Source of the DNA: an uncultured bacterium
GTDB taxonomy: Bacteria > Actinomycetota > Acidimicrobiia > Acidimicrobiales > VFJN01
Length of the DNA: 64,000 bases
NCBI GenBank assembly: GCA_963717085.1
Contig: CAVQVM010000021.1
Coordinates: 116,560 to 180,559, forward strand
Direction: 5' to 3'
Shown: positions 55,543 to 64,000 of the stretch, piece after piece
Layout: each line of letters starts with the position of its first letter
How positions within the stretch are numbered: position 1 is the first letter of the stretch
Made by a program: the position numbers and the translations under genes
The notes under the pieces: model-generated
The model's database searches: none
What the model saw: only the letters and a program-made list of their open reading frames with translations
What the model was told of the DNA's origin: nothing

Positions 55543-57009
55543 TCAGGGCTTGCGGAAGTCCGACAACAGGCGCAGGAGGGTGCGCACGCCGAAGCCGGTG
55601 CCGCCCTTGGGGGACTCGCTGCCGTCCTCCATCGCGTCGGCGGGGCCGGCGATGTCGAGGTGGGCCCAGGGCGTGCCGTCGGGGACGAACCGCTGGAGGA
55701 ACAGCCCGGCGATCAGCGCGCCGCCCCAGCGGCCGGCCCCTACGTTCTTCATGTCGGCGACCTCGGAGTCGAGCTGGCGCCGCATGTCGTCGGGAAGCGG
55801 CAGCGGCCACACCGGCTCGCCCGCGGCGTCGGAGGCGGCGCGCACTGCGGCGACGAACCCGTCGTGATTGCCCATGAGCCCGGCGATGCCGGTCCCCAGC
55901 GCCACCATGCAGGCACCGGTGAGCGTGGCCAGGTCGACGATGGCGTCGGGCCCGGCCTCGCCGGCCAGTGACAGCGCATCGGCGAGGACCAGCCGTCCCT
56001 CGGCGTCGGTGTTGAGGACCTCCACGGTGGTGCCGTTGCGGATGCGCAGGACGTCGCCGACCCGCGTGGCGTCGCCCCCCGGCATGTTGTCGGTCAGCGG
56101 AAGGAAGCCGAGGACGCGCACCGGTGGCCGCACGGTGTCGAGCGCCGAGAACGCCGCCAGCACCGTGGCCGCGCCGGCCATGTCGCCCTTCATGCCCACC
56201 ATCGACTCCGCGGTCTTGAGCGAGAGGCCGCCCGAGTCGAACGTGATGCCCTTGCCCACCAGCGCCACCGTCGCCCGCGGGCGCTCGGGCTCCCACGCCA
56301 GCTTCACGAACCGGGGTTCCTCGTCGGACCCGCGGTTGACCCCCAACAAGCCGCCGAGGCGATGGTCCTCGATGGCCGCCCGGTCGAGGACCTCGGCACT
56401 GAACCCGCCGGACGCGGCCAGCTCCTCGGCTCGCGCCACGAAGGCCGTCGGCGTGAGTGTCCCGCCCGGCTGATTGACGAGGTCGCGGGCGAGGCACACC
56501 GCCTCGGCGATCGCCCGTCCCCGCTCGAGCGCAGCTGCGACCCGCTTGCCGCCCTTCCCGACCACCAGCAGCGATTCGATGCGGCTGGGCTCGGGGTCTG
56601 ACTTCAGCTCGGTGTAGCGGTAGGCGCCGAGCACGATCCCCTCGCCGATGGCTTGGGCCAACTCCGGGCGGTCCAGTCGCTCCGGCGCGCCGTCGAGCAG
56701 GTCGGTCGCCACGTGGCGTTGGCGTTGCGCGGCCCGGGCCAGCGCCGCGGCGGCCCGGCGGTACGTGGCGACCGTGGCGTCGCCCTCCTCGCCGAGACCC
56801 ACGGCCACGACCACAGCGCCGTCCCCGCCCGGCACCACGCACGTCTGACCCGGCTTGCCGGTGAACCCTTGCCCCTCGAGGAACACGCGGTCGAGCGGTC
56901 CGGGCACGTCGCCCGCCTCCAGCCGATCGGCGAACACGCCGACACCGACGGCGTCGGCTGCGGTCGGGTCTGCCGGCAGCATGCGGGCGAGCGCGATGTC
57001 GATGCTCAT
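55543..57009 (-). CDS. pepA: Leucyl aminopeptidase (M17)
   Basis: VGKGITFDSGGLSLK, NTDAEGRLVLADAL. Confidence 0.92.
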   Translation of the reverse strand: MSIDIALARMLPADPTAADAVGVGVFADRLEAGDVPGPLDRVFLEGQGFTGKPGQTCVVPGGDGAVVVAVGLGEEGDATVATYRRAAAALARAAQRQRHVATDLLDGAPERLDRPELAQAIGEGIVLGAYRYTELKSDPEPSRIESLLVVGKGGKRVAAALERGRAIAEAVCLARDLVNQPGGTLTPTAFVARAEELAASGGFSAEVLDRAAIEDHRLGGLLGVNRGSDEEPRFVKLAWEPERPRATVALVGKGITFDSGGLSLKTAESMVGMKGDMAGAATVLAAFSALDTVRPPVRVLGFLPLTDNMPGGDATRVGDVLRIRNGTTVEVLNTDAEGRLVLADALSLAGEAGPDAIVDLATLTGACMVALGTGIAGLMGNHDGFVAAVRAASDAAGEPVWPLPLPDDMRRQLDSEVADMKNVGAGRWGGALIAGLFLQRFVPDGTPWAHLDIAGPADAMEDGSESPKGGTGFGVRTLLRLLSDFRKP

Positions 57010-57018
57010 GCGCGCAGG

Positions 57019-57570
57019 CTACGAGTCCTTGGAGACATCGCGGCTCAGCAGGTGCTCGCCTTCGACCCAGCGGGCTTGAACCCACAGGAGGGAGGAGAGG
57101 CGATTGAGGTACGCGAGCACGTGCGCGCCGGGAATGGTGGCCGCCGCCGCCTCGCGCTCGGCGCGCCGCACGACCGTACGGGCCAGGTCGAGCTGGGCGG
57201 CGAGCGGCGTCTGCCCCGGCACGACGAACTGGGACGGCGCCTCGAACCGGGTGCCGAGGTCGTTGACCAGCGCCTCGACGGTCACGATCATCTCGGCGGT
57301 GACCCGGGTCTGGCCGTCTACGAGCTTGCCGTGGTTCTCGGGCAGGGTCGCCAGCTCGGCCATGAGCACCCACAGGTCCCGGCACACCAGGGTCAGCGCC
57401 TGGTCGAGCTCGCTCCCCCGCTCGCACAACGACCGGGCTACCCCGATGACCGCCTGGGCCTCGTCGACGGCCCCGCACGCCCGCGGATGCGCCGAGTCCT
57501 TCGGCACCCGCCCACCGAACAGGAGCCCGGTCGTGCCGTCGTCGCCCTTGCCGGTGTAGAGGCGGGTCAC
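57019..57570 (-). CDS. ATP:cob(I)alamin adenosyltransferase, PduO type
   Basis: The N-terminus is RLYTGKGDDGTTGL. The product is 183 aa, with a GTG start at 57568-57570. Confidence 0.88.
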   Translation of the reverse strand: MTRLYTGKGDDGTTGLLFGGRVPKDSAHPRACGAVDEAQAVIGVARSLCERGSELDQALTLVCRDLWVLMAELATLPENHGKLVDGQTRVTAEMIVTVEALVNDLGTRFEAPSQFVVPGQTPLAAQLDLARTVVRRAEREAAAATIPGAHVLAYLNRLSSLLWVQARWVEGEHLLSRDVSKDS

Positions 57571-57699
57571 ATGCTCTCCGCTCTTGCTGCTCCTCCGGGA
57601 CGTTCGCTCGGGGCGACGCTACCGCTACCGCCAGGGACACACATCAGCGCAGGTCACGGCCATCCCTCTGCCTCGACGTGAGGTACAGGTAGAGGTTCG

Positions 57700-58632
57700 T
57701 CAGTAGCCCGCCAGCGGGTCGACCGAGCCGACGAGCGGCTCACCCGCGATCCAGCGGCGGACGTTGTCCGTGATCCGTGCGCCGAGCAGCGGTAGCGCCA
57801 TCTCCTGGGTGTTGGCCGTGTGTGGCGTCACGATCACGTTGGGCAGGTTCCACAGCGGGTGTCCTCCGGGCAGGGGCTCGGGGTCGGTCACATCCAGCCC
57901 CGCCGACCCCAGCGTGCCGTCCCGCAGGGCATCGACGAGATCGGCCGTCACGACATGCTGGCCGCGGGCGACGTTCACCAGGCAGGCATCGGGCGCCAGC
58001 AGTTCCAGCCGCCGGCGGTCGATGAGCCCGGCCGTGCCGGGCAGCAGCGGCAGGGCGAGCACCACGAGCTCCGCGCCGGCCAGCGCGTCGTCGAGCCGGT
58101 CGCCACCCATCACCCTGGTGGCGCCGGCCATGGCCCGGGGATTCCGGCGCACGACCGTGACCTCGCATCCGAAGGGCCCGAGCAGCCGCAGCAGGGACTC
58201 GGCGATGCCACCACCGCCCACGATCGTGACCCGGGCACCGAGGAGGTTGTGACCGCGCTGCCCGGTCCACGACGTGGCCCTCGCGTAGTGCCCCAGGCCC
58301 CGCAGCCCGGCCAGCGCCAGCGCCAGCGCGTGCTCGGCGACCGGCTCAGCGTAGACACCCTTGCCACAGGTCCACGTGCGGTCGGCGTGCGCCCGGATCA
58401 CGTCGACGTAAGGCTCGACCCCGGCCCACGGCAGCTGCACCCAGTGCAGCCCGGCATGGTCGTCGAGCACGTGGCCGAGCGGTTCGGCGGCGGCCGTCTC
58501 AGTCCACACGAGGGCGACGGCGTCGTCGGGATCGGACAGCACTCCCCCGCCGGCCTCGACCGCGTCGGCGAGAAAGGTCCGCACGCCGCCGGGCAGGACG
58601 GCGATGCGGGCGCGGTCGGCGGCGGTCGGCAT
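57700..58632 (-). CDS. D-isomer-specific 2-hydroxyacid dehydrogenase family protein
   Basis: VTIVGGGGIAESL (NAD loop), VNVARG, VTPHTAN. The start is the ATG at 58630-58632 (MPTAADRA). The rest of track ORF 57700..59490 is off-frame. Confidence 0.85.
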   Translation of the reverse strand: MPTAADRARIAVLPGGVRTFLADAVEAGGGVLSDPDDAVALVWTETAAAEPLGHVLDDHAGLHWVQLPWAGVEPYVDVIRAHADRTWTCGKGVYAEPVAEHALALALAGLRGLGHYARATSWTGQRGHNLLGARVTIVGGGGIAESLLRLLGPFGCEVTVVRRNPRAMAGATRVMGGDRLDDALAGAELVVLALPLLPGTAGLIDRRRLELLAPDACLVNVARGQHVVTADLVDALRDGTLGSAGLDVTDPEPLPGGHPLWNLPNVIVTPHTANTQEMALPLLGARITDNVRRWIAGEPLVGSVDPLAGY

Positions 58633-58662
58633 CCCGGCGAGGCTAGTGGGGGTGTGGATCGG

Positions 58663-58806
58663 CGCTAAGGAACTGAGCGGATAGGCACGTCCTCCTGGCT
58701 CACGGTGGTCAGCGTCGCCGGGAAGCCGAGCTGTGGTGCTGTGGGCGATCGCCAAATTCCCACGCGTAGGCTGCACGAACCGCCCTATTCGCTCGGCTCC
58801 TAAGCG
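58663..58806 (+). repeat. MITE-like palindromic intergenic repeat, copy 3
   Basis: cgctaaggaactgagcggataggcacgtc...ccctattcgctcggctcctaagcg. It is in the same orientation as copy 2 and its centre is more diverged. It overlaps the stop codon (58800-58802) of the DUF72 gene. Confidence 0.8.
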
Positions 58807-59573
58807 GGCGCCCGGGGGGCCGCCGCCACGTTCATGCCGCGGCGCCGGCCCATACGGCGCAGCGTCCGGGCGTTGTGGATGGCCGCACCGCCGCGGTCGT
58901 TGTTGAAGAACACGAACACGTCGGCGGCCGCCGACCCGAGCGGCCACGCGGCGTCCAGGCGGTCGAGCCACGTGGCGAGGGCCGCTCGCCCGTACGACGG
59001 CCGCGGCGACGCCGTGCCCTCGTGCATGCGCGCGTAGCCCCAGTCGGCGGTGCGCCACAGCGGCGTCACCGGGCGCCCCAGGCGGTCGGCCCAGCACAGC
59101 GCCGCGTGGCGGTGCGTCAGCACGTCGCGCACGTCGTCGGTCCACCACGACTCGTGCCGGGGCTCGACCGCGACTCGGGCGCTGCGGGGAAAGCACCCCA
59201 GGCAGGCGTCGAGCGCCTCCGGGTCGGCGCGCAGTGTGGGCGGAAGCTGCAGGAGGTAGGGCCCCAACCGGTCGCCCAACCGCTCGGCGCGGGCGGCGAG
59301 CCGGGCCACCGGCTCGGCGGGGTCGCGCAACCGCCGGATGTGCGTCAGGTAGCGGCTCACCTTGACGGCGACGACGAACCCGGCAGGCGTGTCTTCCCGC
59401 CAACGCTCGAACACCGCCCGCTCCGGCAGCCGGTAGAAGGCGTTGTTGACCTCGACCGCCGGGAACTCCTCGGCAAAGCGCCGCAGCCACGCCCGTTGTG
59501 GCAACCCCTCGGGATAGAGCACGCCCCGCCAGTCGCGGTACTGCCAGCCCGACGTGCCGACGATCAGCGGCAT
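58800..59573 (-). CDS. DUF72 (YecE-like) family protein
   Basis: IVGTSGWQYRDWRGVLYPEGL is the classic DUF72 N-terminus. The start is the ATG at 59571-59573. Confidence 0.85.
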   Translation of the reverse strand: MPLIVGTSGWQYRDWRGVLYPEGLPQRAWLRRFAEEFPAVEVNNAFYRLPERAVFERWREDTPAGFVVAVKVSRYLTHIRRLRDPAEPVARLAARAERLGDRLGPYLLQLPPTLRADPEALDACLGCFPRSARVAVEPRHESWWTDDVRDVLTHRHAALCWADRLGRPVTPLWRTADWGYARMHEGTASPRPSYGRAALATWLDRLDAAWPLGSAAADVFVFFNNDRGGAAIHNARTLRRMGRRRGMNVAAAPRAPA

Positions 59574-59601
59574 ACCCGGGAATGCCCGGCCTCGCGAGCC
59601 C

Positions 59602-59904
59602 TCAGTCGGGCAGCTCGAACTGCACCGAGGCCCGCTCCGCCAGGATCGGCCGCACCAGGTCGCGGATGAGCGCCTGGTGATCCGGGTGGTCGCGGTACAC
59701 CAGGTAATCGTCCACGGTGGCGAAGTCGCCCACGACCACGTAGTCGTACGAGGTCTCGTTGATGCCGGCATCCCTCCCGTGGCGGTAGTCGACCATGGTG
59801 CCCACCGCGGCCGGCATGCCGTCGAGCCCCTCGGCGAGCGCCTGCACCTGGTCGTCGGTGGTGCCCTCGGCGAACCTGAACATCACAACGTGGCGCAGCG
59901 CCAT
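59602..59904 (-). CDS. Dabb (stress-responsive dimeric alpha/beta barrel) family protein
   Basis: LRHVVMFRFAEGTTDDQV...HPDHQAL; 100 aa. Confidence 0.8.
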   Translation of the reverse strand: MALRHVVMFRFAEGTTDDQVQALAEGLDGMPAAVGTMVDYRHGRDAGINETSYDYVVVGDFATVDDYLVYRDHPDHQALIRDLVRPILAERASVQFELPD

Positions 59905-60052
59905 CGGGCCTCCTCCCTCGTCGACCGCACCGCGCGACCGCGCCGGGCGACGTTACCGGGCCCGCCCGAGCCGAGCCCGGCGAACCCGATCCCTTGGCCC
60001 GATTCCGGCTTCCGTTCCGTGAGCGGCCGGCCGGTAGCCTGGTGACTTGTCT

Positions 60053-63000
60053 ATGCGCGGGTTCCTCGATCTCGTCAACGAGCGCGTCGTCGTCTACGAC
60101 GGCGCCTTCGGCACGTACATCCAGGAGCTCGGGTTGACGCCCGACGACTTCGGCGGTCCGCACTTCGAGGGCTGCAACGAGATCCTGGTGGTCACCAGGC
60201 CGGACGTCATCGCCGAGATGCACGACGCACACTTCCGCGCCGGCGCCGACGTCGTGGAGACCGCGAGCTTCGGCGGCTTCGCCGTTCCACTCGGCGAGTA
60301 CGGGATCCCCGAGCGGGCCCACGAGATCAGCCTCGCCTCGGCCCGCATCGCCCGCGAGGTCGCCGACGGCCACGGCGGGCTGGTGGCCGGCTCGATGGGC
60401 CCGGGGACCAAGTCGCCGTCGCTCGGGCAGATCCCCTTCACGGAGCTCAGGGATGCGTACGAGGTGATGGCCCGCGGCCTCCTCGAGGGCGGCGTCGACC
60501 TGCTCATCTGCGAAACCCACTTCGACCTGCTCGCCGCGAAGGCCGCCGTCATCGGCGCCCGGCGGGCCATGGCGGCCGAGGACCGCCGGGTGCCCATACA
60601 GCTCCAGGTGACGATGGAGCAGACCGGCACCATGCTGCTCGGCACCGAGATCGGCGCCGCGCTCGCCAGCCTCGGGGCGCTCAAGCCCGACGTCTTCGGC
60701 CTCAACTGCGCCACGGGCCCGGCCGAGATGCACGAGCACCTGCGCCACCTGTCCGCCAACTCCCGCATGCCCATCTCGTGCCTCCCCAACATGGGCCTGC
60801 CGTCGGTCGTCGACGGCAAGATGCACTACGACCTCACCCCCGAGCAGCTGGTCGAGTACCAGACGAGGTTCGTCACCGAGTTGGGCGTCCAGGTGGTGGG
60901 CGGCTGCTGTGGGTCGACACCCGAGCACATCCGGCAGCTGGCCACCGCCGTCAAGGACCTCACGCCCGCCGACCGCAACCCCAGGCCCGAGCCGGCGGCG
61001 ACGTCGATGTTCAGCATGGTGCCGTTCCAGCAGGACGCGAGCTTCCTGATCATCGGCGAGCGCACCAACGCCAACGGATCCAAGAAGTTCCGCGACACGA
61101 TGTTGGCCGGCGACTGGGACTCCTGCGTCCGCATCGCCCGGGACCAGGAGCGTGAGGGCGCCCACGTGCTCGACGTCTGCGTCGACTACGTCGGGCGCGA
61201 CGGCGCCGTCGACATGGACGAGCTGGCCAACCGGTTCTCGACCCAGGTCACGGTGCCGCTGGTGTTGGACTCGACCGAGCCGCCGGTCATCGAGGCCGGG
61301 CTCCAGCGGCTGGGGGGCCGGGCGATCCTCAATTCCGCCAACCTCGAGGACGGCGACGGCGAGGGCAACCGGTTCGACCGGGTGTGCCGCCTCGCCCGGG
61401 AGTACGGCGCGGCCGCGGTCTGCATGCTGATCGACGAGCAGGGTCAGGCGCGCGACGTCGAGTGGAAGCTGCGGGTCGCCCACCGGATCCACGACCTGGC
61501 GACGCAGCGCTACGGGCTCGACCCCGGGGACCTGATCTTCGACGCGCTGACGTTCCCGCTGTCGACGGGGGACGGCGACCTCCGCCAGGACGCGATGCAC
61601 ACGCTCGAGGCGATCCGCCGCATCAAGGCCGAGTTGCCGGGCGTCTTCACGACGCTCGGCGTGTCCAACGTGAGCTTCGGCCTGTCGCCGGCCGCCCGCC
61701 ACGTCCTCAACTCGGTGTTCCTCCACGAGTGCGTGGAGGCCGGGCTCGACTCGGCGATCGTGCACGCGGCCCGCATCATGCCGCTCAACAAGATCCCGGA
61801 GGACCAGGTCAAGGTCTGCCTCGACCTCATCTACGACCGCCGCGACCCGGCGACCGGGTACGACCCGCTGGCGGAACTGCTCGACGTGTTCGCCGACGTG
61901 AGCGTGGCCAAGCAGGAGAAGGAGGACCGCTCGGGCTGGCCGGTCGAGGAACGCCTGAAGTCCCGCATCATCGACGGCGATCGCGACGGCCTCACCGACG
62001 ACCTCGACGAGGCGATGGGCGCCGGCATGCCCGCGCTGGACATCATCAACGAGGTCCTGCTGGCCGGGATGAAGGTGGTCGGCGACCTGTTCGGGTCGGG
62101 GCAGATGCAGCTGCCGTTCGTGCTGCAATCGGCCGAGACGATGAAGGCCGCAGTGGCCCACCTCGAGCCCCACATGGACAAGGTCGAGGGCGGGGCCGGC
62201 AAGGGCAGGATCGTGCTCGCCACCGTGAAGGGCGACGTCCACGACATCGGCAAGAACCTCGTCGACATCATCCTCACGAACAACGGCTACGAGGTGCACA
62301 ACCTCGGCATCAAGATCGGCATCGCCGAGATGATCGAGAAGGCCATGGAGGTGAAGGCCGACGCCATCGGCATGTCGGGCCTGCTGGTGAAGTCCACGCT
62401 CATCATGCGCGACAACCTCGAGGAGCTGAACCAGCGCCAGCTGACGAGCATCCCGGTGCTCCTGGGTGGCGCCGCGCTCACCCGCAGCTACGTCGAGCGT
62501 GACCTGCGCGACGTCTACGAGGGCCGCGTTTTCTACGGCAAGGACGCGTTCGAGGGCCTGCACGTCATGGATCGCCTGGGTGCCATCCGGCGGGGTGCGG
62601 AGGCCGACGATCCCGACTGGGGCCGGGTGGCGTCGGAGTCGCGGGTGCCGTCGCGGGCGTCGCTGGGCCTGGCCGAGAAGGGTTCGGGCGGGGGCGAGGG
62701 CGAGTTGCCGAACCGGTCGCCGGACGTGGTGGCCGACAACCCGGTGTTCGCCCCGCCGTTCCTCGGCTCGCGCATCGTCAAAGGCCTGTCGATCGACGAG
62801 ATCGCCGGCTACCTCAACGAGACGGCGCTGTTCCGCAACCAGTGGCAGTTCCGGCCCGAGGCCAAGGCTGGCGGTGGCACCGAGAGCGACGAGGAGTTCA
62901 AGGCCCGCATCCGGCCGGCGCAGCGGGACGAGCTCGCCAAGGCCAAGGCCGATGGCCTGCTCATCCCCCAGGTGGTCTACGGCTACTTCCCCGCCAACGG

Positions 63001-63553
63001 CGAGGGCAACGACCTGGTCATCTGGAGCGACGAGAGCCGGACCGAGGAACGCGCCCGGTTCTCGTACCCGCGCCAGACGAAGGCGCCGTACTACTGCATC
63101 GCCGACTTCCTCCGACCGATCGACAGCGGCGAGGTGGACTACACCGGCTTCTCGATCGTCACCATGGGCCCGGCCGTGTCGGAGCGCACGGCCAAGCTGT
63201 TCGCCGACGACCGGTACCAGGAGTACCTCCTGCTCCACGGGCTCGGGGTCGAGATGGCCGAGGCCCTCGCCGAGTACTGGCACTGGCGCATGCGGGAGGA
63301 GTGGGGCTTCGCCGACGAGGACGGCCCGACGCTCACCGGCCTGTTCCGCCAGCAGTACCGCGGCGGGCGCTACTCGTGGGGCTACCCCGCCTGCCCGGAC
63401 CTCGAGGACAACGAGAAGGTCCTTCGCCTGTTGGAGGGTGAGCGGATTGGGCTGGAGTGCAACGAGGAGACCGGCTTCCAGTACCAGCCCGAGCAGACCA
63501 CGTCCGCCATCGTTTGCCACCATCCCCAGGCCAAGTACTTCGTGGCCCGCTGA
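60053..63553 (+). CDS. metH: Cobalamin-dependent methionine synthase
   Basis: Hcy domain (GGCCGSTPEHI), pterin-binding domain, B12-binding DxHxxG motif (GDVHDIGKN), and AdoMet activation domain (RYSWGYPACPD). The ATG at 60053 (MRGFLDLV) is preferred over the TTG at 60047. Confidence 0.95.
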   Translation: MRGFLDLVNERVVVYDGAFGTYIQELGLTPDDFGGPHFEGCNEILVVTRPDVIAEMHDAHFRAGADVVETASFGGFAVPLGEYGIPERAHEISLASARIAREVADGHGGLVAGSMGPGTKSPSLGQIPFTELRDAYEVMARGLLEGGVDLLICETHFDLLAAKAAVIGARRAMAAEDRRVPIQLQVTMEQTGTMLLGTEIGAALASLGALKPDVFGLNCATGPAEMHEHLRHLSANSRMPISCLPNMGLPSVVDGKMHYDLTPEQLVEYQTRFVTELGVQVVGGCCGSTPEHIRQLATAVKDLTPADRNPRPEPAATSMFSMVPFQQDASFLIIGERTNANGSKKFRDTMLAGDWDSCVRIARDQEREGAHVLDVCVDYVGRDGAVDMDELANRFSTQVTVPLVLDSTEPPVIEAGLQRLGGRAILNSANLEDGDGEGNRFDRVCRLAREYGAAAVCMLIDEQGQARDVEWKLRVAHRIHDLATQRYGLDPGDLIFDALTFPLSTGDGDLRQDAMHTLEAIRRIKAELPGVFTTLGVSNVSFGLSPAARHVLNSVFLHECVEAGLDSAIVHAARIMPLNKIPEDQVKVCLDLIYDRRDPATGYDPLAELLDVFADVSVAKQEKEDRSGWPVEERLKSRIIDGDRDGLTDDLDEAMGAGMPALDIINEVLLAGMKVVGDLFGSGQMQLPFVLQSAETMKAAVAHLEPHMDKVEGGAGKGRIVLATVKGDVHDIGKNLVDIILTNNGYEVHNLGIKIGIAEMIEKAMEVKADAIGMSGLLVKSTLIMRDNLEELNQRQLTSIPVLLGGAALTRSYVERDLRDVYEGRVFYGKDAFEGLHVMDRLGAIRRGAEADDPDWGRVASESRVPSRASLGLAEKGSGGGEGELPNRSPDVVADNPVFAPPFLGSRIVKGLSIDEIAGYLNETALFRNQWQFRPEAKAGGGTESDEEFKARIRPAQRDELAKAKADGLLIPQVVYGYFPANGEGNDLVIWSDESRTEERARFSYPRQTKAPYYCIADFLRPIDSGEVDYTGFSIVTMGPAVSERTAKLFADDRYQEYLLLHGLGVEMAEALAEYWHWRMREEWGFADEDGPTLTGLFRQQYRGGRYSWGYPACPDLEDNEKVLRLLEGERIGLECNEETGFQYQPEQTTSAIVCHHPQAKYFVAR

Positions 63554-63678
63554 CGGCCGGCGACCGCCGCCCGGTCAGGCACCACGCGGCGGTACGTTAG
63601 GTCCCGTTGCACCCGGAGAGATTCAACACGAAGGGTGGTGTTGCGTCTCTGAACGTAGCGGGTTAAGCATTGGGTACC

Positions 63679-64000
63679 ATGTCTGCACGGTCCGCGGTCG
63701 CAGGAGCGGCCACCGTAGGGGTCTTGGTCGGCGTGCTGGGCAGCCCCGCGGCCGTCGGTACGGCGCAGGATCTCGCCGAACGCCACCGCCTTCCGCTGAC
63801 TGCCGCGACGTTCACTGACATTCCCAATTGGGACGTGTTCCAAGACGGCACGACGGCCGACGTGGTCTGGGGCGTGGTGCTCAAGCTGGCCGTGCTGTTC
63901 GTCATGGTCGCCGTGCTCACCGCCCTCGCCGGTCGCGCCTCGCACGGCGCCGCGTTCCTCGCCGGTTGGGGAAGCCTGGTCGTGGCTGCCGGGCTGGCCG
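63679..64000 (+). CDS. Partial ORF for a secreted/membrane protein (N-terminal part only)
   Basis: Not in the track because it is open-ended. Own translation from the ATG at 63679: MSARSAVAGAATVGVLVGVLGSPAAVGTAQD...VVWGVVLKLAVLFVMVAVLTALAG. It has a signal-like N-terminus followed by TM helices, and GC3 is high. Confidence 0.45.
   Translation, partial: MSARSAVAGAATVGVLVGVLGSPAAVGTAQDLAERHRLPLTAATFTDIPNWDVFQDGTTADVVWGVVLKLAVLFVMVAVLTALAGRASHGAAFLAGWGSLVVAAGLA

Noticed and set aside
55403-55867. The peptide similarity between the N-terminal extension of ORF 647..1444 (GGRAVWLGLTLQIPYGSVPTFGPIRSA) and ORF 55403..55867 (GGRAVGPGLTLQIPYCSVPTCRPIRSA) looked like a conserved small protein or leader peptide.
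   Set aside because: The similarity comes from the repeated DNA element. In the third copy (58663-58806) the same frame reads VVSVAGKPSCGAVGDRQIPTRRLHEPPYSLGS, so the frame and peptide are not conserved. I interpret it as a non-coding repeat.
55466-57640. 724-aa minus-strand ORF spanning pepA and the adenosyltransferase gene.
   Set aside because: It is an off-frame read-through of two bona fide genes (M17 aminopeptidase and PduO-type ATR, both with clear motifs). The product is an Arg/Gly/Pro-rich repeat-like sequence.
59905-60052. Possible riboswitch (SAM or B12) in the 148-nt leader of metH.
   Set aside because: No recognisable conserved core of the SAM-I, SAM-IV or cobalamin classes is visible by eye. 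Only a covariance-model scan could settle this.
59564-63523. 1319-aa ORF on the minus strand, the longest ORF in the track.
   Set aside because: It is exactly antisense to metH, whose product carries every MetH domain motif. The antisense translation is low-complexity and Arg/Gly/Ala/Pro-rich (RRGARRHAGRGGHHGR...), which is typical of stop-codon-poor antisense frames in ~70% GC DNA.

Overview
This is a high-GC, actinobacterium-like chromosomal window. Most 60-nt lines I hand-counted are about 65-80% GC. I cannot assign a genus, and all calls come from reading the translated ORFs and the DNA by eye, with no searches run. About 50 protein genes are supported. I saw no rRNA, tRNA, CRISPR array, transposase or integrase.

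Layout:
- (i) 1-1.3 kb: a FetAB-like ABC iron exporter.
- (ii) 1.5-45.4 kb: a very large cell-envelope glycan locus, with the B12-dependent methylmalonyl-CoA mutase (2488-4638) and its G-protein chaperone MeaB (7342-8346) embedded in it. The locus contains a Wzm/Wzt ABC exporter whose Wzt carries a C-terminal carbohydrate-binding-type extension, several GT2/GT4/DUF354 glycosyltransferases, and three GT-C-like polytopic proteins. It also holds two tandem sulfatase-family membrane transferases, an AsnB amidotransferase, an acetyltransferase and a fused two-domain oxidoreductase. There are 10 stand-alone SAM methyltransferase genes plus one fused methyltransferase domain.
- (iii) 45.35-45.65 kb: a recombination scar made of gene fragments.
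- (iv) 45.7-64 kb: housekeeping genes. These are a rhodanese-ThiF protein, a MOP flippase-like protein, a sirtuin, a GH84 glycosidase, a MarR regulator with an ABC-2 exporter, PepA, a PduO-type adenosyltransferase, a 2-hydroxyacid dehydrogenase, DUF72, Dabb and MetH.

Most interesting observations:
- A 934-aa protein fuses a glycosyltransferase domain to a WbdD-like methyltransferase, kinase-like, coiled-coil chain-terminator architecture. Together with the Wzt C-terminal domain this suggests a capped, length-regulated, heavily methylated glycan that I cannot match to a described pathway.
- A roughly 145-bp MITE-like palindromic repeat is present in three copies.
- A 104-bp duplicated gene fragment and a deacetylase remnant mark the island edge.
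- A low-GC three-gene decoration cassette lies at 37.7-40.15 kb.
- A pair of tandem sulfatase-family paralogues share long identical stretches.

Many long ORFs in the supplied track are antisense or off-frame artefacts of high GC and were rejected.
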